Source: an uncultured Muribaculum sp.
GTDB taxonomy: Bacteria; Bacteroidota; Bacteroidia; Bacteroidales; Muribaculaceae
DNA length: 64,000 nt
Direction: 5' to 3'
Assembly (NCBI RefSeq): GCF_910583865.1
Contig: NZ_CAJTYX010000007.1
Coordinates: 12,588 to 76,587 of the forward strand
The notes under the pieces were generated by a model that was not told where the DNA came from, made no database searches, and was given only the letters and a program-made list of their open reading frames with translations. Below, one piece after another: positions 28,637 through 37,742 of this stretch (its first letter is position 1; each line of letters starts with the position of its first letter). Position numbers and translations under genes: made by a program.

Positions 28637-29701
28637 TTATTTCAAAACAATCTTACGCACGTCGGATCCCCTGCGCATGAGATATACGCCTTTGGATGGC
28701 CGGGATACCTTGATCCCCTGAAGGGTGTAGTAATCTGCTGTGGTGTCGGTCACGTCACGCGCCGGCGCGTCGATACCCGATGTTGAGGAATAGGCTTTTG
28801 GGGTGTACCCATCGTGGAGGGTCTGGTAGTTGGTCCATCCCACACGCTCGCCGGGCTTCACTCCGTAAAACACTATGTCCACCGTGTTGATCGGGAAAGC
28901 ATAGGTGTCGGAAGTGCGCTTGTAGGTGAACAGGTTCCAGCACTTCTCGGCTTTTCCGGTGTAGGAGATGTCCTCCGGGCCGTTACCTTTGGTGGACGGG
29001 AGGGGGAACGAGGCCACGCGCGACACCGCGCCGAGCTGGTCGGTCGTTCCGGAATCCATCTTCTTGCCGTCGAATGCCGTTGGGGCGGCCTCCGTGAAGT
29101 CGCTCGTGATTCTTACGGTCGATGGTGCGTCGACTGTCAGATATACGCCGGTTATGTCCTCGGTATGGCTCAATGGGTTGTCGGCATCGTTGATTCGGCC
29201 TTTGTCGCCGGAAAGCATGAAGAAGCGTATGCGTATGTCGCCACCCGTGGGCGGCACGTCGACAAGCTCGTTGTTCACGTAGTACTGCTCGGGGACTGTG
29301 ACGTAGCAGAGGCCGTTGTCGGACATCTCCGCCTTGAGCACCGCACCGTTGACCAAGCCTTCTTTCAAGGCCAAATCCACATGGTAGTTCTGCGTGCCCT
29401 TATGGCTCGTGGCGTTGGAGGTTAGGTCGCCGAACTTTCCCTTGGCGTCGGTGTGGGTGGTGGTGCCATGTTCCCATTCTGTCAGTTCCTCGTTGACGGT
29501 CAGTGTACTGTATTCAGGTTGGTAGAATGCCTGGAGCGATATTTGTTTGTTGTTGCGATACCAAGGCTCGCCGAGCGCCTGGTTGAAGGGATTGTCGATG
29601 AGCGCCTGCGAGGCATCGATGCTGAATCCATGGTAGTCGGTCTGTGCGCCGGACGGGAGAGTCAGTAGTGCCGAAGCACCGAGAAGTAGAAATTTTTTCA
29701 T
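28637..29701 (-). CDS. Secreted hypothetical protein with T9SS-type C-terminal sorting-like tail
   Basis: Signal peptide; C-terminus SGID...YYTLQGIKVSRPSKGVYL...KIVLK. Confidence 0.7.
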   Translation of the reverse strand: MKKFLLLGASALLTLPSGAQTDYHGFSIDASQALIDNPFNQALGEPWYRNNKQISLQAFYQPEYSTLTVNEELTEWEHGTTTHTDAKGKFGDLTSNATSHKGTQNYHVDLALKEGLVNGAVLKAEMSDNGLCYVTVPEQYYVNNELVDVPPTGGDIRIRFFMLSGDKGRINDADNPLSHTEDITGVYLTVDAPSTVRITSDFTEAAPTAFDGKKMDSGTTDQLGAVSRVASFPLPSTKGNGPEDISYTGKAEKCWNLFTYKRTSDTYAFPINTVDIVFYGVKPGERVGWTNYQTLHDGYTPKAYSSTSGIDAPARDVTDTTADYYTLQGIKVSRPSKGVYLMRRGSDVRKIVLK

Positions 29702-29733
29702 GAATCTTTAAGTTTGGGATTAGAAGTGTATTT

Positions 29734-29782
29734 CCTGATAAGTGGCCATCTGTACGTTTGCGGCGGATGGCCACTTATCAGG
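29734..29782 (-). terminator. 17-bp stem hairpin after the metallophosphoesterase gene
   Basis: cctgataagtggccatc ... gatggccacttatcagg. Confidence 0.7.
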
Positions 29783-29817
29783 GGAAATAGGTTTAGAGGC
29801 TGTTTTTAAACAACCTC

Positions 29818-31458
29818 TTATTCTGCGGGAGCGGGACGGTTGAGCACGGTCGTGAACTTGCGGCCCGACAAATCGGTAAACTCGATGGTGACGGGTGAGT
29901 CGGCGGTAGACGCCTGTGCGCGGAACATGTGGGCTGTGGATTCCGGATTAAGTCCGCTGTCCCACTTCGGATACTCTTTCTTTATAGGAACGAGATATTT
30001 TGTGATGAGGTAAGGGTCGGGCATCTTAACACGCTTCACGGCAAGCTCCCGGCCGTTCTCTATCATTTTCACAGTGCATCCCGGTTCCCATGCCCACACG
30101 TTGGCCTGCACCACGTTGGTGTTGGCGCTGTTGCCCGGCAGGTAGGAGCTGGTGAATTCGCGATCATCGACCGTGAGGGTGTTGAGGTCATATGCGCGTA
30201 TCTGATGGTCGACAGGAAGCTCGTAGCCTTTGAATATGTGCTGTGCGGTGCCCGACGACAGATTCCATATGCCCATTCCCCATGGCGTGCCGTCGAGACA
30301 TAGCGGCAGGTTGGGCTTGTAGGGCTTGTAGCCCGCCGGCCACCATCCGCCGTTGGTGCCGGCATAGTTGTATTCGCGGATGTTGCCTTCGGGAGTGTGT
30401 TGGAAATGGTTCTTGTGGGAATGGCCGGAGAACACCTTCACGTTGGTGAAATCCTTCAGCAGAGCTCCGAGCTGTGGGCCTCCGTCGTCGAAGCGGTAGA
30501 CCTTGCTCACCTGCACACCTTCGGCTTCCGGATAGGTCAGCAGGATGCCGTGCATGGTGATGAATAGCGGTGCGGTCTTGTCCTTTATTGTCGCGAGGTC
30601 CTTCTCGATCCATTGGAGCTGTTCCTTTGTGTAGGCGGTGGTGTAAGAACGCTTGCCCGACACTCCCGGCGCCGCCCCCGGGTTGGTGTAAACGATATTG
30701 TCCGTGACGATGAAGTGTGCGCCGCCACGGTTGAACGAGTAGTAGCTCGGCCCTACATGCGAGTGCCATGTCGACGCGCTCGCCAGATCGCCCTCGATGA
30801 AAGGGTCGTTGTCATGGTTGCCCATTGTATGGTAGACGGGGGCGTTGACCTTGAAGTCGGCATTGAACCGGTCGAGAGTGTAGCCGAAACCGTTGGCCAC
30901 GAACCAGTCGCAGATGATGTCGCCGAGAGTGACCACGATGGGACTTGTTCCTGCGGTCTTTAGCGAGTCGATGGCGCGGTTGATCTGAGGCACGTACATG
31001 TTCTTCAAAAGCTCCACGTCGCCGGCGCGGTCGGAGATCTGCGGGTCGGCGATGGCTATTATCGACAGCGGCTTGCAGTCGGTGGCTTTCAGGATGAAGT
31101 CGACTCCCGAAGGAGCGTTCTTGTTGACGTTCTGCCAGAATTTGGGGCGGTTGTTGTCAAGGAAGGTTGCCGGTTCGTAGCCGTCGGGAGTGGAGACGAA
31201 CATATAGCCCAGAGGCACTTCCGATTTGAGGGAGTATCTTCCGTCGGCATCGGTCGTTACGATGTCGTAGCCATCCGACACGGCTACATCTGCGAGAGGC
31301 ATCCCCTCTGCGGTCTTTACCGTGCCTTGTACGTAGACTTCCTTCGGAGCGGGCTGTTTGATGGGAGGTGCGCCGAAATATTCTTTGTCGTCGGAGCAGC
31401 CCGATATGATTGCGGATGTCATGGCGGCGACACCCATGTATTTGATGAGTCGGTTCAT
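29818..31458 (-). CDS. Calcineurin-like metallophosphoesterase lipoprotein (MetallophosN/C type)
   Basis: Lipobox ISGC; VAVSDG, ADPQ, LGD, MGNHDND, MHG, SGHSH, NVWAW. Confidence 0.9.
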   Translation of the reverse strand: MNRLIKYMGVAAMTSAIISGCSDDKEYFGAPPIKQPAPKEVYVQGTVKTAEGMPLADVAVSDGYDIVTTDADGRYSLKSEVPLGYMFVSTPDGYEPATFLDNNRPKFWQNVNKNAPSGVDFILKATDCKPLSIIAIADPQISDRAGDVELLKNMYVPQINRAIDSLKTAGTSPIVVTLGDIICDWFVANGFGYTLDRFNADFKVNAPVYHTMGNHDNDPFIEGDLASASTWHSHVGPSYYSFNRGGAHFIVTDNIVYTNPGAAPGVSGKRSYTTAYTKEQLQWIEKDLATIKDKTAPLFITMHGILLTYPEAEGVQVSKVYRFDDGGPQLGALLKDFTNVKVFSGHSHKNHFQHTPEGNIREYNYAGTNGGWWPAGYKPYKPNLPLCLDGTPWGMGIWNLSSGTAQHIFKGYELPVDHQIRAYDLNTLTVDDREFTSSYLPGNSANTNVVQANVWAWEPGCTVKMIENGRELAVKRVKMPDPYLITKYLVPIKKEYPKWDSGLNPESTAHMFRAQASTADSPVTIEFTDLSGRKFTTVLNRPAPAE

Positions 31459-31467
31459 GGTAGTGGA

Positions 31468-31800
31468 TTATCCTTTGCAGTGTATCTGAATGTTTAGGAA
31501 GAGCTTGCCACCGTCGATGTCGGCTACCAGACGCAGCCAGTTGCCGAAATTCGGGGCTACCTTGACGGGATGTAGCCCTATGCCGGTGAAACTTACGGGA
31601 GTAGTCCCGTCGGAGGCCCAGTTGACACCGTCGTGCGAGATTTCTACGTGTGCCGTAATCGTGGGTCTTTCACCTTCGGCATGTTCGATCATTATGAAGA
31701 AGATGGCTTCATCGGCCCAGCCGGCCTCATAGGGATGGGTCTCCAGATGTCCGGCGAACCACTTCTTTATCTCAAGGTGTGATGCATTGAATTGTTTCAT
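31468..31800 (-). CDS. Small cytoplasmic beta-rich hypothetical protein (possibly DUF6385-like)
   Basis: THPYEAGWADEAIFF, ISHDGVNW, FGNWLRL. The family name is from recollection only. Confidence 0.6.
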   Translation of the reverse strand: MKQFNASHLEIKKWFAGHLETHPYEAGWADEAIFFIMIEHAEGERPTITAHVEISHDGVNWASDGTTPVSFTGIGLHPVKVAPNFGNWLRLVADIDGGKLFLNIQIHCKG

Positions 31801-31836
31801 GATGATTGTTGGAGGTTGATGGATGGGGTGGTATGG

Positions 31837-32787
31837 TTACTCCTGCGACACGACTACGGAGTCGATGTAGAAGTAGACGCGTCGGTCCTGGTCGGTCTCT
31901 ACCCAGAAGAGCGGGTTGATGAGGTTATCGATGCGGTGATAGCCGGGGACATTCGTGACATGAGTGCCGCGCAGGTCCCATATGCGATCCTGGCACTGGA
32001 ATTCCACATACTCGCGGTTGAGCGTGTCGATCTTAAGCCGCATGTACTGCCAGTTGAGCTTGCAGTCGGTCTCGTTGTAGATGAGCTTCTGGTGGGAGTC
32101 GGGAATCACCTGGAATGCCTCGTGGCGTCCGTCGGGATAGCGTCGTCCGAACCACCAAGGGTCGATGCCTCTCTTACACCAGTCTCCTTCAAGTCCGAAT
32201 GCCCATTCCTTGTCGGTGACATCGGCGGAATTCTCTATTTCCCAGCGCTGTACGAGGTTGCCGTTGAAGCAGTTGAGATGACGGACTCCCACCTGGTAGC
32301 GCTCGCCGCGTTCCTGTATGTCGAATCCCATGCCAAAGGCACGTATGCTCTTCTCGTGGAGTCCCGGCTGCGGAGTGCCCTCGGGGTCGAGTGTGTCCTG
32401 CTCTGCGGTATAGGAGAACCAGCATTCTATCTGTAGGAAGCGGCTTCCGGGCCGGTAGAACGACAGGCGCTTTATGGCGTGGCCCATCGACCCCGGAGCC
32501 GGTATATCCTCGTAGCGTGAATGTACGGGGCGCGTCGATAGTTTCAGGCTGAACGTTCCGGACATTGCCCCGTGGGTACCGGGATAGCGGTAGGTGGCCG
32601 AACTGAGCATAACCGGAGGCCATTGGTCCTTGTTAACGAGGGTCTTTGGTACGTCGAAATCGGGATATTCCGTGAAATTGGGGAGCAGCGTCATCCAGCC
32701 GTTGAAGCCTGTGTTGAACACGTCGTAGCATAATACCCTTTCGAGGGGCTGGAAGCGACTCCGGAGTAATATTTCGTCTACACTCAT
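31837..32787 (-). CDS. Cytoplasmic hypothetical protein (possibly DUF6772-like)
   Basis: No signal peptide; GTHGAMSGTFSLKL, YNETDCKLNWQY. The family name is from recollection only. Confidence 0.6.
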   Translation of the reverse strand: MSVDEILLRSRFQPLERVLCYDVFNTGFNGWMTLLPNFTEYPDFDVPKTLVNKDQWPPVMLSSATYRYPGTHGAMSGTFSLKLSTRPVHSRYEDIPAPGSMGHAIKRLSFYRPGSRFLQIECWFSYTAEQDTLDPEGTPQPGLHEKSIRAFGMGFDIQERGERYQVGVRHLNCFNGNLVQRWEIENSADVTDKEWAFGLEGDWCKRGIDPWWFGRRYPDGRHEAFQVIPDSHQKLIYNETDCKLNWQYMRLKIDTLNREYVEFQCQDRIWDLRGTHVTNVPGYHRIDNLINPLFWVETDQDRRVYFYIDSVVVSQE

Positions 32788-32840
32788 TGTGCGATTGTTT
32801 TAAATCAGTAATATAATTGAGATTTGTAAATCGGATTGGT

Positions 32841-32885
32841 GGACTGTCCGAACTGCCAGACTTGTCTGAACTGTCCGACAGTCCA
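32841..32885. repeat. tgtccgac-type 9-bp array inside the operon
   Basis: actgtccga actgccaga cttgtctga actgtccga cagtcc. Confidence 0.75.
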
Positions 32886-32895
32886 TTCTGTTGCC

Positions 32896-34596
32896 TTACC
32901 ATCCGGGATTGTTCTGGATCTTCCCGTTGGATATGTCGACATCCACGAATGGTAGGGGGAGGAGCGGCAGGCGCGGATCAAACTTGCGCGGGAGCACGCG
33001 TGCGATCTTGCCGGCATCGAACATGGGCTTGAAGTCGGCCATTCCGTATTCGTCAATCTCGGGTGTGCCGGGCCAGTAATATTCGCCATTCTTCTCCATG
33101 TCGGCCATGCCTGATTTGTTGGGAAAAGCGTAGTAGTCATGGCTGAAGGCTTTCTCCATCCAGCCCTCCCAACGGAGCAGGTCGAAGAACCGGCGTCCTT
33201 CCCAGGCGAATTCCACGCGGCGTTCGCGGCGTATGGCCAGACGCATGCTGTTCTGGTCGGCCATGGCCAGCGCCGGATAAGCCGTCACGTTGTCACGGGT
33301 GGTCTTGTAGGCACGTGCGCGCACGTCGTTGATGGCGTTGAGCATGGCGTTGTCAAGTTCGTTGAGTTCCACCTTCGCCTCGGCATACATCAGCAGTACG
33401 TCGGCATAGCGTATGATGACGGTCGGATTTTCGCTCTGCATCTCGCCGGTGCGCCAGCTGTCCTGCGCACCTTTCCGGAGGCATGTGCCGGTCGTGGCGG
33501 CATATTGGTCGTTGACTTTCGAGTCCTTGTTCTTGACCGATTTCCCGTCGAGCAGCACGTTGGTCGCCTTGGGGCTGGGATCGAACACGCATCCGTAGAT
33601 TACCGATCCGGGGGCGGCGAATGTCTCGCAGCAGCGCGGGTCGCGGTTGAGATAGGGATTTTTCGGGTCGAAGAGCGGCGATTCGTCGATTGGCTTCCCG
33701 TCGGTGCACTCGTAGGCCGCAAGAAGATCCCAGGAAGGATTGGCCACTGCCTGTCCGTTGACGGTGCGCAGCATGAATGTCTTTACGTCGTCCGACTGCT
33801 CGAGTTCCACCGACTTGGGTATGCAGAATATGAATTCGCCGTTGTCCATGGTCTTGTCGCGGAACAGCTCGCCGTAGTCGGGATAGAGGGAGTATTGTTT
33901 GGAGTCGATGACCGCTTTGGCGGCGTCGCGCGCTATCTCCCAGTCCTTCATCGTAAGGGCTATGCGGCATTTCAGGGATGCCGCCACGTAGCGGTTGACA
34001 CGCCATATGCCGTTGACCACGTTGCTTTCGGGAAGGTTCTCGATGGCATAGTCGTAGTCGGAGTATATTGTCGGAAGTATGTCGGCCACGGGAGTGCGGC
34101 CCATCTGCCTCCCCTCCTCGATGGTGATTGCCGTGGTGAAGAAGGGCACGTCGCCCCAAAGGGTTATCAGGCGTGCATAGAAGAACGCACGGAACATGCG
34201 GGCCTCTCCAGCCAGACGTTTCGCCTCGTCGGAGTCGTAGCCAAGCTCGTCGAGGCTTTCGAGCACTCGGTTGCAACGGCTGATGGCCTTATAGGTGTTT
34301 TCCCATGTCGTCTGTATCCATCCGGTGGTGCTCGACAGTGTACCGGAAGGGACGTCGTACACCTTGTTGCGGTGTGAGAAGTCGTCGGTGTGTCCGTCGG
34401 TAAACCATCGCTTTTCGAGATTGTAGGGATAGTCGCGGTAGAGGTCGTTGACCGATATGCGCACTTCCTCGAGCTTGGAGTTCCAGGTGCCGGATGACGG
34501 CTGGGTGAGCGGCTGTAGGTCGAGGTCGGCACACGATGTGGCGAGTAGCATCGCGGTGCAGAATATGGCGCTCTGATATATTGCTGTTGCTTTCAT
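32896..34596 (-). CDS. RagB/SusD family lipoprotein
   Basis: Lipobox ATSC, GEARMFRAFFY...WGDVP, RDPR, RYADVLLMYAEA, ERRVEFAWEG, QNNPGW. Confidence 0.95.
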   Translation of the reverse strand: MKATAIYQSAIFCTAMLLATSCADLDLQPLTQPSSGTWNSKLEEVRISVNDLYRDYPYNLEKRWFTDGHTDDFSHRNKVYDVPSGTLSSTTGWIQTTWENTYKAISRCNRVLESLDELGYDSDEAKRLAGEARMFRAFFYARLITLWGDVPFFTTAITIEEGRQMGRTPVADILPTIYSDYDYAIENLPESNVVNGIWRVNRYVAASLKCRIALTMKDWEIARDAAKAVIDSKQYSLYPDYGELFRDKTMDNGEFIFCIPKSVELEQSDDVKTFMLRTVNGQAVANPSWDLLAAYECTDGKPIDESPLFDPKNPYLNRDPRCCETFAAPGSVIYGCVFDPSPKATNVLLDGKSVKNKDSKVNDQYAATTGTCLRKGAQDSWRTGEMQSENPTVIIRYADVLLMYAEAKVELNELDNAMLNAINDVRARAYKTTRDNVTAYPALAMADQNSMRLAIRRERRVEFAWEGRRFFDLLRWEGWMEKAFSHDYYAFPNKSGMADMEKNGEYYWPGTPEIDEYGMADFKPMFDAGKIARVLPRKFDPRLPLLPLPFVDVDISNGKIQNNPGW

Positions 34597-34614
34597 TTCA
34601 GTACATTCAAATGG

Positions 34615-37600
34615 TTAGAAGGAGAAGTCGAGGCCGAAAGTATAGGATGTGGCTATGTAGTTGGTGCCTCCCGAGTTGACTTCCGGATCCCATCCTTTAG
34701 GATAGTGATGGAAGCAGAATGGATCCTCCACGTTGAAATACACGCGCAGGTTGTTGAGGCGTATGGCGTTGACAAGATGCTTCGGGAAAGAGTAGCTGAG
34801 ATTGATATTCTTCACGCGGAAGTAGGAACCGTCCATAAGCCAGAAGTCTGACATCTCGTAGTTGTTCTTTTCGCCCGTGGCGTTGTTGAGGCGCGGATAT
34901 TCTGCCTTCAGGTTCTGCTCCGGAGTGTTGTAGACGCTCCAGTACTTGCCCATGATGATCTCGGGGGCGGCGCGGAACGATGACTGGCGCACCATGGCCT
35001 CCGACATGCGCACTTTCTGACGTCCGACGCCGTTGAACGCCGCCGACAAGCGTATCCCCTTGTATCCGGCGTTGATATATCCGCCGAAAAGCAGGTGGGG
35101 GAGCGAGGAGCCGAGCACCTCGCGGTCGTATGTGGTGTCGATCTTACCGTCGGGAGTTCCGTCGGCGCCTCCCAGGTCTTTGAAGCGGATGTCGCCGGGC
35201 CCTACGGCTGCGATCAGTTTGGCCGAGTTGTCGACCTCTTCCTGGGTCTGGTAGATGCCGTCGGCACGGTAGCCGTAGAATGCCATGTATTCGTCACCTT
35301 CGCGTATGATGCAGTTGCCGCTGTACTGTACCTTTCCGCCGAGGTTGCCCATCTTGGAACGTGAGTCGGATATGTTGAATCCGGCTCCGTAGGTCCAGTC
35401 CTTGCCGATGTTGTCGTTCCAGGATACCTTCACCTCCCAGCCGCGCGTGTTCATGTCGCCGGCGTTTACTTCGGGGGCGTTATATCCGATGAAGAGCGGT
35501 ATCTCGGTGGCTATCAGCATATCCTTGGTTTTCTTGTAGTATATGTCGGCGGTGAGGTCGAGGCGGTTGTTTAACAGTCCGAGGTCGAAGCCTATGTCCC
35601 ATGTGTGGGTCGATTCCCAGGTGATGTCCTCCACGGCATATGCGATCTGAGCTCCGGAGGTCACGGCCTGCGGGCCTTTAGGACCGAACATTATGGCGTT
35701 GTTGAGGCTTACGGATGCCTGGTAGGGGTAGTTGCCTATGCGTTCGTTGCCGAGTGAGCCGTAGGAAGCGCGCAGCATAAGGTTGGAGAGCACGGGAGAG
35801 AGATGTTCCATGAACTTCTCGTTGCTGATGCGCCAGCCTATTGATGCGGAGGGAAACCAGCCCCAGCGGTGTTTCTTGGCGAATCGCGACGATCCGTCGC
35901 CGCGTATGTTGGCCTGGATGAAGTAGCGGCGGTCGAAGTTGTACATCACGCGTCCGAAGAATGAGCGGTAAGCGTTCTCATAAGCGCTTCCCAGGGCTTC
36001 GAGCTGGTTCTTGTTGGCATTGTCGAGATATGGATAGTCGGGGAGGGTCATACCGTTGGAACCGGGTTTAAGCACCTCGTAGTCGTAGGTATAGTCCTCA
36101 TATCCTGCGAGGACGTTGACGGAGTGTATGCCGAATTCCTTGTCGAATGTCGCCGTGAGTGATTTCTCGAGCGCCCTTGAGTCGGCACGTGTCTCCAGAA
36201 GGTAGTTGGTCTCGTAGCCTACCACGTAGCCCAGGAGCTGGTCGGTGTCGAACGCGTCGTAGAATGGCACTGCACGCCGCATGTCCTTCACTTTCTGGAA
36301 CGATAGGGTCGGTGTCACGGTGCCTTGTATCGTGAGAAACCGGAACGGCTTGTAGGTGAGCGATATCTTGCCGGTGAGATAGTCCATGGTGTTCTTCTTC
36401 GTACCTCCTTCGAGGAGCGCCCCCTCGAGATTGGTGCCCGACTGTCCGGCGGCGATGCGTCCGTCGGGATATGTGCCGGCATAGATCTGTGGATAACTGA
36501 GTGCGGCGCGTATGGGACTGCCCGAGTGCGGGTCGTTCTTTATCGAGTGGCGCATGGAGAGGTCGACCGATGCCGTCCAGTTGTCGTTGAACTTTATGGT
36601 GTTGTTGGCGCGCAGGAATATACGCTGGTAGTCGGAGCCTTCGTAGAGGGCCTCTGTCTTTTCATATGAGGCGGAAATACGTGTCTTTACCTGCTTGTTG
36701 CCGTAGGAGAGGCTTACGTTGTGCTTCGTGCGCGGGGCTGTGGAGCGTAGTATGCGGTCGCGCCAGTCGTAGAGGGGATAGTCGATGGGATCGTAGAAAT
36801 GATTGTCCATGTACGACTCGATGTAATCCTTGGAGTAGGTGGGGTATTCACCGCCGGCAGGATTTCCGGCTTCGTTCCAGCGTGTCTCGTTTACAATCTG
36901 CATGTGGCGCACGGGATCGACCACATAGTCTGGGAATGAGGATGCGTGCATCAGGGAGAATTCCCCGTTGTAGCTGATCTTGAGGTCGCCTTCCTTCGCG
37001 CCTTTGGTGGTGACGAGAATCACGCCGGCTGCCGCACGGGCGCCATAGATGGATGCTGCTGCGGCGTCCTTGAGCACGGATATCGACTCTACGTCGTCGG
37101 GATTGACGTTGTCTATGTCGTTGACGGGCGTGCCGTCAACAAGGATGAGAGGAGAACTGTCGCCCATGGTGGTCACGCCGCGCACCTTTATTGTGCCGCC
37201 CGCTCCGGGCATGCTGCCGCTGCGGGTGATGTCGAGTCCGGGGATTGCGCCCTGGAGGGCTGTAGACAGGTTGGGGGAGCGTTGTTTCTCAAGGCGGTCG
37301 GAGCCGATGGCACCTACGGCGCCCGTTAGGTCTTTTTTCTTTACCGTGGCATAGCCGATGACCACCGTCTCCTCAAGCATCTGCACGTCGGGCTGCAGTT
37401 TGAAGTCGAGGTGTCCGTGTCCGGTCCATTTGGCCTGTTGCGGTTTGTAGCCGAGATAGGTGACCTTGATTTCGGAACCTGCGGGCACGTTCTTTATAGA
37501 GTATTTGCCGTCGATGTCGGTCATGGCGGAGAGTTTGCCGCCCATGTCGGCCACGATAGCCCCTACCACCGGTTCGTCGGTCTCGTCGGTCACGGTGCCG

Positions 37601-37719
37601 CTCAAGGTCGATCCTTGTGCGGTTGCCGCGCCCGGTGAGAGCATTGCCGCCATCACGAGGATGGTGGCCGATGCTTTGCGCAGCGTGTCTATGAATGATT
37701 TCATTTTGTGGGATTTCAT
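34615..37719 (-). CDS. SusC family TonB-dependent transporter
   Basis: VESISVLKDAAAASIYGARAAAGVILVTTK, DGSSRF, WEST, terminal FSF. Confidence 0.96.
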   Translation of the reverse strand: MKSHKMKSFIDTLRKASATILVMAAMLSPGAATAQGSTLSGTVTDETDEPVVGAIVADMGGKLSAMTDIDGKYSIKNVPAGSEIKVTYLGYKPQQAKWTGHGHLDFKLQPDVQMLEETVVIGYATVKKKDLTGAVGAIGSDRLEKQRSPNLSTALQGAIPGLDITRSGSMPGAGGTIKVRGVTTMGDSSPLILVDGTPVNDIDNVNPDDVESISVLKDAAAASIYGARAAAGVILVTTKGAKEGDLKISYNGEFSLMHASSFPDYVVDPVRHMQIVNETRWNEAGNPAGGEYPTYSKDYIESYMDNHFYDPIDYPLYDWRDRILRSTAPRTKHNVSLSYGNKQVKTRISASYEKTEALYEGSDYQRIFLRANNTIKFNDNWTASVDLSMRHSIKNDPHSGSPIRAALSYPQIYAGTYPDGRIAAGQSGTNLEGALLEGGTKKNTMDYLTGKISLTYKPFRFLTIQGTVTPTLSFQKVKDMRRAVPFYDAFDTDQLLGYVVGYETNYLLETRADSRALEKSLTATFDKEFGIHSVNVLAGYEDYTYDYEVLKPGSNGMTLPDYPYLDNANKNQLEALGSAYENAYRSFFGRVMYNFDRRYFIQANIRGDGSSRFAKKHRWGWFPSASIGWRISNEKFMEHLSPVLSNLMLRASYGSLGNERIGNYPYQASVSLNNAIMFGPKGPQAVTSGAQIAYAVEDITWESTHTWDIGFDLGLLNNRLDLTADIYYKKTKDMLIATEIPLFIGYNAPEVNAGDMNTRGWEVKVSWNDNIGKDWTYGAGFNISDSRSKMGNLGGKVQYSGNCIIREGDEYMAFYGYRADGIYQTQEEVDNSAKLIAAVGPGDIRFKDLGGADGTPDGKIDTTYDREVLGSSLPHLLFGGYINAGYKGIRLSAAFNGVGRQKVRMSEAMVRQSSFRAAPEIIMGKYWSVYNTPEQNLKAEYPRLNNATGEKNNYEMSDFWLMDGSYFRVKNINLSYSFPKHLVNAIRLNNLRVYFNVEDPFCFHHYPKGWDPEVNSGGTNYIATSYTFGLDFSF

Positions 37720-37742
37720 GATTTTTCTGATGGATTAGGTTG

